A stretch of 64,000 nucleotides of DNA from an uncultured Planctomycetota bacterium (GCA_963823665.1 CAWGMQ010000006.1:1472001-1536000), one strand, 5' to 3'. Shown: positions 1-11,817, counted from the first letter of the stretch. Notes: generated by a model from the letters alone, not told the origin. Made by a program: numbers and translations.

Positions 1-1566
1 CGACGAGGCGCCGAACGATTGTCCTTTGTCAACCACGCCGATTTCGATCTTCCGGCTCTGGTCCTCGTTCGGCTGCTTGTAGCGCAGCCGGACGGCGAAC
101 GACTCGTCGCTGGGCGTATGCGTTGTGGTCGTCTTGGTGTATTTGAGCGCGGCTGAATCTTCGACCTTCTCCTCCATCCCCGCGGGCACCAGCTCGTACA
201 GTGCCGTCACGTGGTGCCCTGCCCCGATCTCGCCCGCGTCCTTCTTGTCGTCGTTGAAGTCCTTGTGCGCCATGATCCGGTTTTCATACCCGATCAGGCG
301 GAAGGCTCCGACCTTGGCGGGGTTGAACTCAACCTGGATCTTCACATCCTTGGCGACGGTGACCAGCGTCGATCCCATCTCCTCGACCAGAACCTTGTAA
401 GCCTCGCGCGGCGAGTCGATGTAGGCATAATGGCCGTTTCCCCTGTCGGCGAGCTTCTCGAGCTTCGAGTCCTTGATGTTGCCCATGCCAAAGCCCAGAA
501 CGCTCAGAAAGACTCCGCTCTTGGCCTTGGCCTCGATCAGCTTCACCAGCCCATCGTCGTCGGAGAGGCCCACGTTGAAGTCGCCGTCCGTTGCCAGGAT
601 CACACGATTGGTGCCGTTCTTGATGAAGTTCTGGGTGGCAACGTCATACGCAAGCTGAATGCCCGCGCCGCCGTTGGTCGAGCCGCCCGCGCGAAGCTGC
701 TCGATGGCGGAAGTGATCTCGGCCCGTTTGAGGCACGACGTCGAAGGCAGCACCAGCCCCGATGCGCCCGCGTAGACCACCAGCGCGATCTGGTCGTTCT
801 CGCCAAGCTGCTCGATCATTCTCTGCAAGCCCCACTGCACCAGAGGCAGCTTGTTCGCGTCGGCCATGGAGCCCGACACATCGACCAGGAACACCAGGTT
901 GCTGGGCGGCCGCCGCGACTGGTCGATCGGTTTGGCCGCGATGCCGATGCGTGCCAGCCTGTGCCTTGCATTCCACGGGCAGGCGGCCGTCTCGATGTGT
1001 ACTGCGAACGGATGCTCACTCTTTTCCGGCGGCGGCTCGTCGTCATACGCGAAGTAGTTCAGCATCTCTTCAATCCGCACGGCATCGCGCGGAGGCAACA
1101 TGTTCTGCGCCAGGAACCGCCGGATGTTTGAGTAGCTCGCGGTATCGACGTCAATGGAGAAGGTCGAAAGCTGCTCGGTCGCCGTCTTTCGAAACGGATT
1201 GTCCGTAACCGATTCGTACGTCTCCGCGGCGACCGTCTCCGGATCCGAGAGTTGCGCCACATCAACTCCATCGGTTATCTTCGCCCTGCTCAAAGCAACA
1301 GTTTCTGCCGGTGCATCCATCCGGGCACGGATTGATTTGGGCACAGGAGCACCGGCTGCCTTCTTCGCTATTGCCCCGCCGCTCGGCGCGTACCGCGCAG
1401 CCGGTGCCGCGTTCGCTGGCGTGCTGGCGAGGGGAACATCTGACTTGGACGATTCCGCCGGCACACCTTCCGGCACGCCCCCGGCGTCGCACCCGACGAC
1501 GAACCAGTACATGCACACAATCGCGAAAAGCGAACCGAATTGTTTCAGTCTCGAGCTGCAGCGCAT
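1..1566 (-). CDS. YfbK-like von Willebrand factor A (VWA) lipoprotein, 3' end runs off the window
   Basis: Not in the ORF track (no stop in window). Manual translation: [35 protein letters not shown] (lipobox-like), [35 protein letters not shown] (MIDAS), LRYKQP. Confidence 0.9.
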   Translation of the reverse strand, partial: MRCSSRLKQFGSLFAIVCMYWFVVGCDAGGVPEGVPAESSKSDVPLASTPANAAPAARYAPSGGAIAKKAAGAPVPKSIRARMDAPAETVALSRAKITDGVDVAQLSDPETVAAETYESVTDNPFRKTATEQLSTFSIDVDTASYSNIRRFLAQNMLPPRDAVRIEEMLNYFAYDDEPPPEKSEHPFAVHIETAACPWNARHRLARIGIAAKPIDQSRRPPSNLVFLVDVSGSMADANKLPLVQWGLQRMIEQLGENDQIALVVYAGASGLVLPSTSCLKRAEITSAIEQLRAGGSTNGGAGIQLAYDVATQNFIKNGTNRVILATDGDFNVGLSDDDGLVKLIEAKAKSGVFLSVLGFGMGNIKDSKLEKLADRGNGHYAYIDSPREAYKVLVEEMGSTLVTVAKDVKIQVEFNPAKVGAFRLIGYENRIMAHKDFNDDKKDAGEIGAGHHVTALYELVPAGMEEKVEDSAALKYTKTTTTHTPSDESFAVRLRYKQPNEDQSRKIEIGVVDKGQSFGASS

Positions 1567-1740
1567 CGACGGTCTCCTTGAAGCGATACTCGACGTCAAG
1601 GTCGGGGACGAGCGAAGATTGGATAAGGACGTAACGCTTCCCGCCCGCGAACGCGGTGGAGGAATTCTCGACGCTTGAACACGTGAAAACGCCGAGCACA
1701 AAGAGCCAATCACCCGATAGACGTACGTATCGCCAGCTTA

Positions 1741-1769
1741 TTAGACGAAATGGAAGTAGAAAGCGTTCA
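1741..1769 (-). promoter_or_regulatory. Putative ECF-type promoter for the VWA gene
   Basis: Minus strand TGAAC-N17-CGTCTAA, matching the general ECF AAC...CGT pattern, between the kinase stop and the VWA gene. Confidence 0.5.
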
Positions 1770-1790
1770 TACGGAATTCAGAATTTCCGG

Positions 1791-4700
1791 TCACTCGTTC
1801 GTCCGCTTCAAGACTTTCTCCACCTCAGTCCATAACTCACGCCATTCCTTTTGCTCTTCGGCGGTCAGTCTTTTCACCTCGCTCTCATCGCGGACGCCGG
1901 CAAAAGCAGGATCACCCTTCCACTGCTCGAGTGTCTGCCTGTCGGTCTTCTTGGCGTCCGCTGTCCCGTGCTCGATCTGCCTCGTCCAGAAAGCCAGGTC
2001 CGCTTTGAGCCAATCAAACGCCCGCTTGCGCCATTGGGCCATCTGTTTCTCATCAAGCGCGGGCTTTGCCCCATCGTGCCCCGTTCCGGCCAGGGCAGCA
2101 CAGCACGCCGCGCGATACCGGATTGACGAGGCGCTCGGCTCGGCCGCCTTCGGCTCGGCTTCCATGACCTGGCCGCAGAGCTTTGCGGCCGAAGCATACA
2201 GCCCTTTGAAACTCGCGATCCTCGCCAGCTCGGTCCGCTCCACGATGTCCTTGGGCTGTTTATTCCCTCGGAGCACTTCCGGCAGAAGCCGCTCGAGCGC
2301 GACCAGACGCTCGCATTCGACGACCCATTGTGCCGACGGATAATTCCAGTCCCCTCGCTTGGAGCCCAGGTCGTGCCCGCGCCGGAAGTGGTCGAGTGCC
2401 TCGGCATATTCGCCCTTGTTCTGGAGGGCTTGTCCCAGGTTGCAGTGGGCTTCGGGGTGGTTCGGGTCGAGCCGTAGTGCCTCGCGGAAGGACTTGATCG
2501 CCTCATCGGTCTCTCCGGCGATCATCACGAGCGTGCCAATACCGTAGAAGCTGTCGGCCTGATCCGGATAGAGCCGAAGCGTTTCGCGGGCGGTCCGGAT
2601 CGCGTCGGCGGCTTGACCGTCCTGGTGCAGGACGACGGCCAGGCGATGGCGGGCCATCGTGAAATCGGGCCGCAGGCGAATGGCCTCTCGAAAAGCCGCG
2701 ATCGCGTCGCGATAGCGGTTCCGTTCAGCCAGGAATTGAGCCAGCCAGTAAGGATGGTCGGAATTCTTCGAATCAGCGCGGGCCGCCTTCTCGCAAGCGG
2801 CGATCGCGCCGTCGACATCGCCCTTGGCGTGCAAGGCGAAGCCGAGGTTGGCGAGTGAGTCCGCATCATCGGGCCTCAATCGCAGACTCTCGCGAAACGC
2901 GGCAATCGCTCCATCGAGGTCGCCCTTATCGCCTTTCATTGCCAGGACTCTCGCGAGGTTGGCCCAGGCTCGCGGCTCGTCCGGGCGCCTCCGCGTCGCA
3001 TCGCGCAGCGTTGCGATCCCCTGTTCAACCGCGCCGGAATCGCACTGAGCGCAGCCCAGATTGACGAGCGCGTCAACATGGTTGGGCTGCAGCCGAAGGG
3101 CTTCGCGGTACTCCGTAATCGCCACGGCGTATTCCTTGTGGCCCCAGAGCGCATTCCCCAGATTGTAGTGCAACAGGGCGAGGTGAGGCGATTGATGGAT
3201 CATTTCCCGAAACTCGCGGATGGCGTCATCAAACCGGCCCTCGTATTGTAGCTCGGTGGCGAGATTGGCCCGGGCGGTCATGAGACTCGGGTCAAGCCTG
3301 AGGGCGGCGTGAAATTCGGCCTTTGCCTCCGCCTTCTTGCCGGCGTGAGTCAAGATACTACCAAGCGTGGCGTGTGCCTGCGGCACGTCCGGCTGCAGCT
3401 CGATCGCCCGTCGACAGTTCGCGATGGCGTCGTCGAGATTGCCCAGCCCGTAAAGCGCCGAGGCCAGGTTGTGGTAGGTCGCCGGGTCGCGAGCCTCGGC
3501 GGCGAGCGAGCGCCGGTACGCCGCCACGGCTCGTTCAAACGCGTTGCGTGCTTCCTGGCCGAGTCCCATGTCCTTCAAAGCGTGTCCCTGGCAGCCGGCG
3601 TTGCTGCCGAGATCGGGCTGCCGGCGCTCCAGGTCGCGGAACATCGCGACTGCTTCGGCGCCTCGGCCTCGGTCCTCGAGGGTGTGGGCCAGCGCATGGG
3701 CTGACGTCGGCCGCAGCGCCCTGGCGGCGGTGTAATACCGGATCGCCTCATCGGGCTGCGCCGGGCTCGATGCGTTCAGGTAAGACGCCAGATCGTAGTT
3801 GACCCAGAGGTCCGATGGGTTCCGCTCAATCGATTTCTTTAGCAGCGCGACCGCCGCGGCCACGTCGCCGGCGGATACCAGCGCGCTGGCCAGCAATGTG
3901 CTGCTGGTCGGGGGTAGTTGATCGGCGTCCGGCTGGTTGGCCAGCTCGCGCAGCACTGCAAGCTGCGCAGCGAGGTCCACCGGTTCAAGCGTCTTCCGGA
4001 TGCGGGCACGATAAGGGTCGGGGTCGATGGCTTGCGCGATTAGCAAAAGCTTTGTCCAGCGCCGGGCAGGCTCGCGCATGGCTCGCCGCAGGCTGGACCA
4101 GTCGTCCAGGTAACCCGCCAGCTCGGCACGGACCGCCGCGGGCCGCTTTTGGAGCACTGCCGATATCTGCTCGGTCGTCAGGTCATCGGCGTCAAGCTCC
4201 GCGCGATGGAACGCCGTGGCATACGACAGGCTGGCGGCGGTCACTCCGAGATCTTGCTTGCCCGTCCGCGTATTTGAGAGGCTCAACAGCAGCTCGCGGT
4301 CGCGCCGGGCCGCCCGGTCACCGGTCTCGATCAGCCGCGAGAGCTCCTCGAGGCTGCGCCTGAGCCCGGCATTCCCTTGCTCCTGCACGGTCCGCTCGGC
4401 TCCGTGCAGCGTGGCCAGCGCGGCGCCCCAGCGCTCAAGATTCTCAGCCTCTTTGCCCGCCTGACTGAACAGCACGCGTACTTGTTCAAGAGCCAGCGCA
4501 GCGCGCGCGATGCTGGCCTGTCGCTGATGCAGATAATAGGCCGCGCTCGAGCCGCCCAGGGCGACGAGCGCCAGTACCGATGCCGCCAGGGCCAGCGTGG
4601 TGCGCCGGCGGCGGGCCTCCGACACCGCTCGGGCGTGCGCTTCGAGCACCAGCTTGTCGGCGAGGACCCGCCGCTTCTGTTCTTCCTGAGCGCGGGCGAT

Positions 4701-5945
4701 TGCCTCGACTTTCGCCAGCTCGGCCTTCCGCAATCGCTCTTGCACGCCGGCCTGGTGCGCCGCGATCCGCGTCGAGACTTCGCCCGCATTCCGGATCCGA
4801 TCGCTGCGCTCCGGCGCGAGGCAGTGCCGTGCAAGAGCGATCAGCTCGGGCTCACATCCCGAGCTCTCGAGCCTCGCGAACGCATCGGCGAGGTCGCCTC
4901 GTGCCGACCGCCGCAACCGTTCGGCCGGGTCGCCCGCAACGAATGCCGGCTGACCGGTGAGGATCTCGCAGAGAATGGATCCCAGCCCGAACACGTCGGC
5001 CCGTTCATCCAGATCGTCGATCTCGCCCCGCGCCTGCTCGGGCGCCATGTAACCCGGCGTTCCGAGCACCGAGCCGGCCTCCGACGCGTCCGCATCGGAG
5101 CCGGACCGGGTTGTGCGGATGACGCTGGCGGGCAGTTCCCGCTCGCGCCTCGGCCCGGCCAGATCGTCGGCTGCTCCACCGCGCGGCAGCACCTTGGCGA
5201 GCCCCCAGTCCATCACCTGGACTTCGCCGAATGACCCGACCATCACGTTCGACGGCTTCAAGTCGCGATGAATCACGCCCCGCGCATGGGCATAGGCCAT
5301 GGTCTGCGCGACCGACTCGAACAGGGACAGGAACCGCGGAATGTCTTCCGCCGACGGCGACCGAGCATCCAGCAGCTCGGCGAGCGTGCGCCCCTTGACC
5401 AGCTTCATCGTGAAATACGGCCGGTGGTCGGCGAAGGAGCCCAGCTCGTAAACCGGCACGATCCCAGGATGCTGAAGCTGCCCGCCGATCTGCGCCTCCT
5501 CGACGAACCGCTTGACCAGGTCGGGTTTCTCCCTGTGCGAGTCGAGCAGCACCTTGATGGCGAGGTCACGCCCGAGGTCGACGTCCCGTCCCTTCAAGAC
5601 GACTCCCATTCCCCCGCGGGCGATCTCGCCGAAGAACTGGTAGCGGTCGGGCCTGACCTCGGGCATCTCATTCGACAGCGGCGCGACAATCGGAGAAAAA
5701 GCCGAGTCGGCTTCAGAATCTCGCAAGAGCACCCGCGTCAGGCCGCCGACGGACGCGGAGATCTCGGCCAGGACGCTGGAGATTGCCGGTTCCAGGCTGA
5801 ATGTACGATCGTTCCCGCGCGCCGGCGGATTGGTCACTTCGGGTTCTGCGGCGGCCTCCGCCATCAGGCAAACGAGGCAGAGCCCACCGGGCGATCGTCC
5901 ATGCCGCAGTGACCCGCAACGAGGGCAGCGATCTGGTTCAGACAT
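1791..5945 (-). CDS. Ser/Thr protein kinase with N-terminal CxxC/CxxC motif, TM helix and many TPR repeats
   Basis: GGMGVV, LAIK, HRDLKPSN, DWGLAK, GTPGYMAPEQ; CPRC..CLVC at the N-terminus; C-terminal TPRs (1384 aa). Confidence 0.95.
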   Translation of the reverse strand: MSEPDRCPRCGSLRHGRSPGGLCLVCLMAEAAAEPEVTNPPARGNDRTFSLEPAISSVLAEISASVGGLTRVLLRDSEADSAFSPIVAPLSNEMPEVRPDRYQFFGEIARGGMGVVLKGRDVDLGRDLAIKVLLDSHREKPDLVKRFVEEAQIGGQLQHPGIVPVYELGSFADHRPYFTMKLVKGRTLAELLDARSPSAEDIPRFLSLFESVAQTMAYAHARGVIHRDLKPSNVMVGSFGEVQVMDWGLAKVLPRGGAADDLAGPRRERELPASVIRTTRSGSDADASEAGSVLGTPGYMAPEQARGEIDDLDERADVFGLGSILCEILTGQPAFVAGDPAERLRRSARGDLADAFARLESSGCEPELIALARHCLAPERSDRIRNAGEVSTRIAAHQAGVQERLRKAELAKVEAIARAQEEQKRRVLADKLVLEAHARAVSEARRRRTTLALAASVLALVALGGSSAAYYLHQRQASIARAALALEQVRVLFSQAGKEAENLERWGAALATLHGAERTVQEQGNAGLRRSLEELSRLIETGDRAARRDRELLLSLSNTRTGKQDLGVTAASLSYATAFHRAELDADDLTTEQISAVLQKRPAAVRAELAGYLDDWSSLRRAMREPARRWTKLLLIAQAIDPDPYRARIRKTLEPVDLAAQLAVLRELANQPDADQLPPTSSTLLASALVSAGDVAAAVALLKKSIERNPSDLWVNYDLASYLNASSPAQPDEAIRYYTAARALRPTSAHALAHTLEDRGRGAEAVAMFRDLERRQPDLGSNAGCQGHALKDMGLGQEARNAFERAVAAYRRSLAAEARDPATYHNLASALYGLGNLDDAIANCRRAIELQPDVPQAHATLGSILTHAGKKAEAKAEFHAALRLDPSLMTARANLATELQYEGRFDDAIREFREMIHQSPHLALLHYNLGNALWGHKEYAVAITEYREALRLQPNHVDALVNLGCAQCDSGAVEQGIATLRDATRRRPDEPRAWANLARVLAMKGDKGDLDGAIAAFRESLRLRPDDADSLANLGFALHAKGDVDGAIAACEKAARADSKNSDHPYWLAQFLAERNRYRDAIAAFREAIRLRPDFTMARHRLAVVLHQDGQAADAIRTARETLRLYPDQADSFYGIGTLVMIAGETDEAIKSFREALRLDPNHPEAHCNLGQALQNKGEYAEALDHFRRGHDLGSKRGDWNYPSAQWVVECERLVALERLLPEVLRGNKQPKDIVERTELARIASFKGLYASAAKLCGQVMEAEPKAAEPSASSIRYRAACCAALAGTGHDGAKPALDEKQMAQWRKRAFDWLKADLAFWTRQIEHGTADAKKTDRQTLEQWKGDPAFAGVRDESEVKRLTAEEQKEWRELWTEVEKVLKRTNE

Positions 5946-6071
5946 GGATTTCGCTCCAGCGTGAAGTGCAGCAAGCTCTTCCCATGAATAGGGAATTCAT
6001 CCCGAAAGCCATCGCGACGCGGAGGATTTTCTCGAGAGCCTTTCTACCTCGCACGGCACCGATTGCGTAAC

Positions 6072-6132
6072 TGTAGGGTGGGTGAAACCCACCGACCTGA
6101 CGCTGTTTGCGGTGGGTTTCGCCCACCCTACA
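6072..6132. repeat. GTAG-type REP inverted doublet (REPIN-like)
   Basis: TGTAGGGTGGGTGAAACCCACCG (6072-6094) and its reverse complement with one mismatch (6110-6132); each arm is itself a hairpin. Confidence 0.8.
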
Positions 6133-6165
6133 AAGGGCTCGCCAATACCGGCTCGCGGTATTACC

Positions 6166-6908
6166 TTACCGTGCCAGCGCCGTGAAAAGGGAGCCAAGCT
6201 CGTCTTCTACCAACTCGGATGTTGGATTCTCAAGCGTCGCCGCGATTTGTGCCGCACGAGCGAGCGAAACTGCTTGCGCAGGCGCTGCGCGGCCGACTGG
6301 ACGGCAACTTCCGTGGTCCCAAGCTCTTTCGCAATCGCGGCATACGGCAGCGCGCCGGCGCCATCGGTCAGAACGGTTTTGAGCCGTTCGAACAGCGTGC
6401 ACCGGCCCGACTGATCGTACTCCTCGCGGATCTGCTCGATCACGCGCTCGAGCACGGTGGCGGCCCAGGCGCGGTCGAATAGCTGCTCGGCGGTCAGCCC
6501 GTCGGCCGCCGGCTCGAAGCGGTACCGCCCTTCCGCATCGACCGTATCGATCGACACAATCGCGCGGCCGCCTCCGCGCTTCTGAGCGTTTTCGCGGTCG
6601 CGCTCCCCGGCGAGGAAGAACCCGCAATCCGTCCGGAGGAACGCCCGGAATCGTCCCCTGTGCGGATCAGCCGCGCCCAGAACGCCCTTCTCCAGCAGAC
6701 GGACGAAATACGCCTGCGTCAGGTCTTCTGCCCGATCGGCGTCGTACCCCTTGCGGCGGATGAAGGCGTAGAGGGGATACCAGTACGCGTTACAAAGCTC
6801 ACCGAGCGCTTCCCACTCCTCAGAAGAACGACGGGCGCCCGCCGCGACGACGCGGGTCCAGTGCGTCGTCGGAAACCGGTTGCTCGGGTTCGACGGGTAT
6901 TCGGTCAT
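6166..6908 (-). CDS. ECF sigma factor (FPTTHW...YWYPLYAFIRR type), kinase-associated; frameshift near 6250
   Basis: Region 2 RAEDLTQ and region 4 HTH. The expected C-terminus AQIAATLENPTSELVEDELGSLFTAL lies in the next frame (ORF 6166..6627); one missing G restores it. Confidence 0.88.
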
Positions 6909-7013
6909 GGAGCCGTGGATTGTTGGGCCGGACTCCGCCGGCAGAGACTATCGCGTCGAAGCGCAACAGCGATCCCCACTCTACGGAGAATGTCCCTGCC
7001 GTTCCAGCGTGGC

Positions 7014-7580
7014 TCAATGATGGCGGAGCAATTCGGCGATGACCTCATGCGGGTCGTTCTTCGATAGCGCGTCTGGCACGATTTGAATCGTGACGTTCGA
7101 GAAGTCAGCGGTCGGGTCGACTGAAATATCCCCGGACAATTCGCCGATGAGGTCGAGGAGCTCAGCGAATTCTCGGGGATCGTCGTACGGGCGCCGGATG
7201 TATGTGATATCCGTGGAGCGGCCGTTCGCTGGATACATCCTTAGCGTTAACGCGTACCAGAGGCGTTCCTGCTTTCGGATCTCGAGATACCGCTGCATCT
7301 CCGCCCGCGTATGCGCCCGTGGAAGTGATGAGTCGCGTTTCGCCAGCTCGCTGAAAGCCTCAGGCAACCAGAGATGAAGGGCCTCGGTACGAACAGCCAT
7401 GCCCGAACCGGGAACGTTGCCCGGTTCCAGCTCCTGATCCGGTCGAGCCGGGTGCCAGTCCGATCGAGTGAACGCATAGATGGACACGGCGAAAATGAGC
7501 ACCATCACGATCGGTCCGCCCACGATCAACCGATTTCGCCGCCGCAATCTCTGAGCGATCCTTGGAATGAACATCGTCAT
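7014..7580 (-). CDS. Hypothetical protein with one N-terminal TM segment
   Basis: 188-aa ORF; basic N-terminus then LIVGGPIVMVLIFAVSIYAF. Confidence 0.6.
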   Translation of the reverse strand: MTMFIPRIAQRLRRRNRLIVGGPIVMVLIFAVSIYAFTRSDWHPARPDQELEPGNVPGSGMAVRTEALHLWLPEAFSELAKRDSSLPRAHTRAEMQRYLEIRKQERLWYALTLRMYPANGRSTDITYIRRPYDDPREFAELLDLIGELSGDISVDPTADFSNVTIQIVPDALSKNDPHEVIAELLRHH

Positions 7581-7589
7581 TGGGTTCCA

Positions 7590-7990
7590 ATATCAACATC
7601 GTCGATGCGGTCAGGTCCGCGGTGGAGAATTCTTCGACGTCGATCCCGCGGCCAAAGGCAGATCCGCCATCGCCGTCGGAACCGCCCTGGCCACCGCTCG
7701 CACCATTACTTATCAGCGAGCGATCTTCCAGACCGAACGCCATGTTGTTGGCGTCGATGCCGCCCCCGTTCGCGAGTCCGCCGCGACCCGAAGCTGGCGG
7801 CGCCGCCCACGGCCTTGTCGCTGATCAGGATGCGGTCCGTGATCGTGGCCGTCAAGGTCGAGAAGCGCCGGAGGGCTTGAAGCTGGCGATATTGATGCCA
7901 CCGGTCAACACTTTGTGAATAATGTTGAATTTCGAGCCGTCAGCGCTATAAATAGCACCTTCCTGTGCGATGGCACTGCCGGCTCCCGAG
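7590..7990 (-). pseudogene. Degraded fragment of a Gly-rich GG(A/G)I beta-helix repeat protein
   Basis: Across shifting frames: AQEGAIYS, STLTATITD..SDKAVGG, GGLANGGGIDAN..SLISNGASGGQGGSDGDGGSAFGRGIDV. Same repeat style as 13433..15313. Confidence 0.5.
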
Positions 7991-8078
7991 AAAGACGCGG
8001 TCCAGGGCGATTCGACCGCGCGGCGCGGCGGCGACCGAGCAGAACCGTGTGCAAACCGCAAAGCGCCGCCGAAGCGCA

Positions 8079-9593
8079 TCAACAATCCGTAAGCGCCCGC
8101 GGCGTGAGGGACGCCCTCAATCCGTTGAGCACCGCGAGCACGTCGATCACTTCCTGCGTAACCGCCCCGGCGACTGGTGGCAGATAGCCTGCCGCGGCCA
8201 GGAACATTCCGGCCACGCTGAGCGTCATGCCGCCAATCGCCGTTTGCAGCGCGATGGATCGCATCCGCCGGCCGATGTGGAGCAATTCGTCTACCCGGAC
8301 CAGCGAGCTTTCCAGAATGACGGCGCCCGCCGCCTGCGCCGTGACGTCGCTCGCCTTGCCGAAAGCGACGCCAACCGTTGCGGCGGTCAGCGCGGGGGCA
8401 TCGTTGATCCCGTCGCCCACGAAAATGGTCGCGGCCTTTCTGGTCTCCTCGCGCACGAGCGATAGCTTCTGCTCGGGGCTCTGGCTCGCAAACACCTCGT
8501 TGATTCCGATGATCTCCGCGAGGTAGCGAACCTCCGATTCGCGGTCTCCCGAGACCAGGAGAATACGCTCCAGCCTGTGACGTGGTTTCAAATGCTGGAT
8601 GAACGCATTCCCTTCCGCCCGCGGTTCGTCGCGATAACGAAGCGTTCCCTCGAGCACGGCGGGATCTTTGATGACGATGCCTCGCCGCGCGGCCAGCGAC
8701 ACGGAACCGATGATCGCCACGGGGATGCCGATCAAGAGCGGACATGGTGTGGCGACCACGAGCACAGCCAGGAATCGTTGGGCATCGCTGCTCGCCGCCC
8801 AGGCCAGGAGGGCGATGGCGATAGCCAGAGGGGTGTAAATGGCACCAATCCGGTCGCCGAGCCGTCGCAACCTGGGCCGGCGCTGTTCCGACTCGCGCAT
8901 GACCTGCATGATCTTGGCATAGCGCGAATCGACGGCTGCTTTTTCCGCGCGGATCGTCAATGCACCGTCGCCGTTGATGGCCCCTGACATCACGGCCGAC
9001 CCCGCAGCCTTGGAGAGAACATAAGGTTCACCCGTGAGGTACGATTCGTCCATCGTGCTGTGTCCTTCCACCACGATGGCATCGACCGGACAGGTCTCAT
9101 GCGGAAGCACGACGAGCAGGTCGCCTACCGAAACATCTTCCAGTGGAATCTCGGCGACGGATCCGTCTTGCTTGCGGTGGGCTTGGGAAGGCATTCGTCG
9201 AGCGAGAGCGAGAAGCGCGGAAGACGCCTTGCGCACGGCGTACGCCTCCAGAGCCTGGCCCCCGGAAAGCATGAGCACTACGAGCGTGCCCGCGAGGTAC
9301 TCGCCGAGCACGACCGCCGTCACGATGGATATGCCGGCCAGGAGGTCGGAGCTGAACTCGAAACGCGCCAGGCGCGCCACCAGGCCCCCGACGAGCGGAA
9401 TACCGCCCACCACCAGAGCCACGAGCAGCGGAATCGTCGGCCACTTGATCCCGAGCAACGTGTCTTCGGTTGCAAGGACGAATCGTAGCACGAGGTGCAA
9501 TGCGACCGCGACAAGCGCGACCGCAGCAATGACAACGTCGCGTAAGACCAACGACTTGAACGAATTCAACGGCCGATTCATCGTTCGGAGCAT
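8079..9593 (-). CDS. P1B-type (TPCP, P1B-5-like) heavy-metal ATPase with in-frame loss of DKTGT and the N-domain
   Basis: [30 protein letters not shown] and QEVID are present; IKDPAVLE joins directly to [10 protein letters not shown] with no DKTGT. Start at 9593 or 9581. Confidence 0.85.
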   Translation of the reverse strand: MLRTMNRPLNSFKSLVLRDVVIAAVALVAVALHLVLRFVLATEDTLLGIKWPTIPLLVALVVGGIPLVGGLVARLARFEFSSDLLAGISIVTAVVLGEYLAGTLVVLMLSGGQALEAYAVRKASSALLALARRMPSQAHRKQDGSVAEIPLEDVSVGDLLVVLPHETCPVDAIVVEGHSTMDESYLTGEPYVLSKAAGSAVMSGAINGDGALTIRAEKAAVDSRYAKIMQVMRESEQRRPRLRRLGDRIGAIYTPLAIAIALLAWAASSDAQRFLAVLVVATPCPLLIGIPVAIIGSVSLAARRGIVIKDPAVLEGTLRYRDEPRAEGNAFIQHLKPRHRLERILLVSGDRESEVRYLAEIIGINEVFASQSPEQKLSLVREETRKAATIFVGDGINDAPALTAATVGVAFGKASDVTAQAAGAVILESSLVRVDELLHIGRRMRSIALQTAIGGMTLSVAGMFLAAAGYLPPVAGAVTQEVIDVLAVLNGLRASLTPRALTDC

Positions 9594-9712
9594 ACCTGAC
9601 AAGACGCTCTCAAGCGAGTAAGTTCGCGATCCTGGCTTGCTCGTGATGGGCTTTTGCCACCTGGCTAAGATGGCCCCGCCATGCAAATCGGCATGTGTGG
9701 GGTGCGCGATTC

Positions 9713-10531
9713 TCATGACAATCGTTGGGTGTTCTTCGTTCGGACCAACGTTCGCGGTCCCCACACGAGGACGACGATGGTCGCCACGAAGGCGACGATG
9801 AGGCCGGTGATGCTCGGGTCGTAGTAACTGGAGTAAGTCACGCTACTGACATTGCTGATCGCGTGAAACAGAGTTGCGGCGAAGACGCTACGCCCGGTGT
9901 TGTTGTAGAGCCAAACAATCAGCACTCGTAGCGCGACCGTGTAAAGTGACCACCAGGCAATCCATGTTGTCGATCGGTGGACCTGTAAGAGCGGCACGTA
10001 GTGCCAAACGGCCCAAACAACGCCAACCAGAATGCTGGCTCCGAGCGCACCCCAACGTTCCTGTAGCGGGTCGATGACGTACCCGGACCAGCCTAACTCT
10101 TCGCCCAAGGCAGTAAGAAAGAACGCCAGGAACATCACAAGCGCTGCCGGGAGCGAGAATTGTGGGACTGGAATTGGCATGCCCGTCAGGCGCATCATTC
10201 CATAACTCAGGAGGGAGATGGCGGGCATCAGGAGCGTAAGCGGCACATACCAGACTTTCGCTCGAATTCGGCTGCAGTCGAGGGCTCTCTTCAAGAGGTC
10301 TCGCACGCCTGCGCCCTTGCTCTCTTCGTACACCAGAATCGCGGCGGCCATCCCCGGGCACACGAACGCGAACGCACTCACCGGGATGCCTGCTAGGAGT
10401 TGCAAGCTCGTCGCGGCACCAAGCAGCAAGAACGGAACCGACAGGATGAAAGTGAGCGAGCAGAAACGCAGGGGCGAGCGAGTCCGCGCTGAAGTATCCG
10501 GAAGATTCCTGGTTTCGGGCTGTGGGGTCAT
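9713..10531 (-). CDS. CPBP/Abi (CAAX prenyl protease 2-like) intramembrane metalloprotease
   Basis: Multi-[21 protein letters not shown] motifs. Start placed at MTPQPE. Confidence 0.9.
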   Translation of the reverse strand: MTPQPETRNLPDTSARTRSPLRFCSLTFILSVPFLLLGAATSLQLLAGIPVSAFAFVCPGMAAAILVYEESKGAGVRDLLKRALDCSRIRAKVWYVPLTLLMPAISLLSYGMMRLTGMPIPVPQFSLPAALVMFLAFFLTALGEELGWSGYVIDPLQERWGALGASILVGVVWAVWHYVPLLQVHRSTTWIAWWSLYTVALRVLIVWLYNNTGRSVFAATLFHAISNVSSVTYSSYYDPSITGLIVAFVATIVVLVWGPRTLVRTKNTQRLS

Positions 10532-10658
10532 TCGGTTTGCCTGCAAGAGTACCTTAATCCGACAGGGAGATCTTTGTTGGCACATTTTGTGCGCGGCCGC
10601 TCATCATACTTAAGAGAGTCCAACGTGCGTCTTGGTCACAAACGAGAATGAGCATGCC

Positions 10659-11069
10659 ATGAAATCGAGCGCGCTGACCATGAGCATCGTCTGCTGGACA
10701 GGCCGGGTCTTGGCCCTTGGACTGTTCTTATTCTGGGGGGCGTTTTTCGTCGAGCATCTGCAGGAGTGGTTCTTGCACCCAATCAAGGGCTTCCCACCCG
10801 TTTGGGTGTGGCTGGGACAACTGGCCCACTTGACGATCCTGATCGGGCTTGTGGCCATTTGGCGTTGGCAGCTTACAGGCAGCATTCTCACCATCCTCGG
10901 ATCGCTCGCTTTCTTCGGGGGTCTGGCGATCTCGCAGGCGATCGCAGGAAGGTCGCCCCTCTTGTTCGTGGCGTTCCTCGCCGTCACGATTATCCCGGCC
11001 CTGCTGAGCCTTACCTGCTGGTTCGCCCGAACCCATGCACTGGCCGCCGCCAAGATCCCGCTCACCTGA
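10659..11069 (+). CDS. Small four-TM hypothetical membrane protein
   Basis: Hydrophobic ORF with FWGAFFVEHLQEWF. Confidence 0.7.
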   Translation: MKSSALTMSIVCWTGRVLALGLFLFWGAFFVEHLQEWFLHPIKGFPPVWVWLGQLAHLTILIGLVAIWRWQLTGSILTILGSLAFFGGLAISQAIAGRSPLLFVAFLAVTIIPALLSLTCWFARTHALAAAKIPLT

Positions 11070-11519
11070 ATCAGCTAAAGAAGCCACTCGTAGCCGGGTT
11101 AAGGCGACGTGTCCCGCGAAAGTAGCTTCGGCAACTCGATCAGTCGGCTGCGCCAACCCCCGTTGACTCCAGTGATCATCAAGTGGTTATCCCATTCCGG
11201 CTTCGGCGTCTCCTGGCCATTTGAGTTTAGCGTGATAACGCCGCACTCCGGCAGACTCCCGATCGTTTCGTAAACCCGGACCTCCGCAATCGTGCCTCTA
11301 ATGATCACCACTGCGATTCCCTCGATCCGATGGCTGCACGCGTGGCAGACTCGAATGTCGTATTCCGATTCGCGGATGACCAGGTCAGGGAACGATGGGT
11401 CGCCGATGTTTGCCGATGCGCCACGAAAAGAGGCCCATGCCGGGACGCCCCCGCGTTTGCCCAGGCGCCAGAGCAGATGAGAAACACTAACACCGAGCTA
11501 ATCGGATATCCGTGATCAT

Positions 11520-11780
11520 AAACCATTCGCCAACAATGGTGGGCCTACCCTCACTCAAGCCCTTCATCGCGGGAGCCCCGCGATCGGCGCCGGGATTCCG
11601 GTTACCGGCGTCACAACGGATCAGCAGGGAGCCCCCCGGGGTCTTGCCCCTGATATCGGCGCTTTCCAGGTACAACGACCTCTGACCGTCGTGAGTCCGG
11701 AGCGTCCGGCGCTGTTCACCACCGGACTGTCACTGGTGCTGGGCTTCAAGCTGCGATTGATGCCCGGTTCCCGCGCGGCG
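11520..11780 (+). pseudogene. Orphan C-terminal fragment (choice-of-anchor Q-like) of a beta-helix protein paralog
   Basis: Translates FANNGGPTLTQALHRGSPAIGAGIPVTGVTTDQQGAPRGLAPDIGAFQVQ, colinear with the C-terminus of 13433..15313; no start or N-terminal part. Confidence 0.8.
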
Positions 11781-11787
11781 CAGCTCC

Positions 11788-11817
11788 TTGCAATCGAGCT
11801 TGAGTCACGTCTATAAT
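11788..11817 (+). promoter_or_regulatory. Putative sigma70 promoter
   Basis: TTGCAA-N18-TATAAT (perfect -10 in GC-rich DNA). Confidence 0.6.

Noticed and set aside
11070..11515. Short ORFs between the membrane gene and the anchor-Q relic
   Set aside because: No motif, RBS or codon bias I can support.
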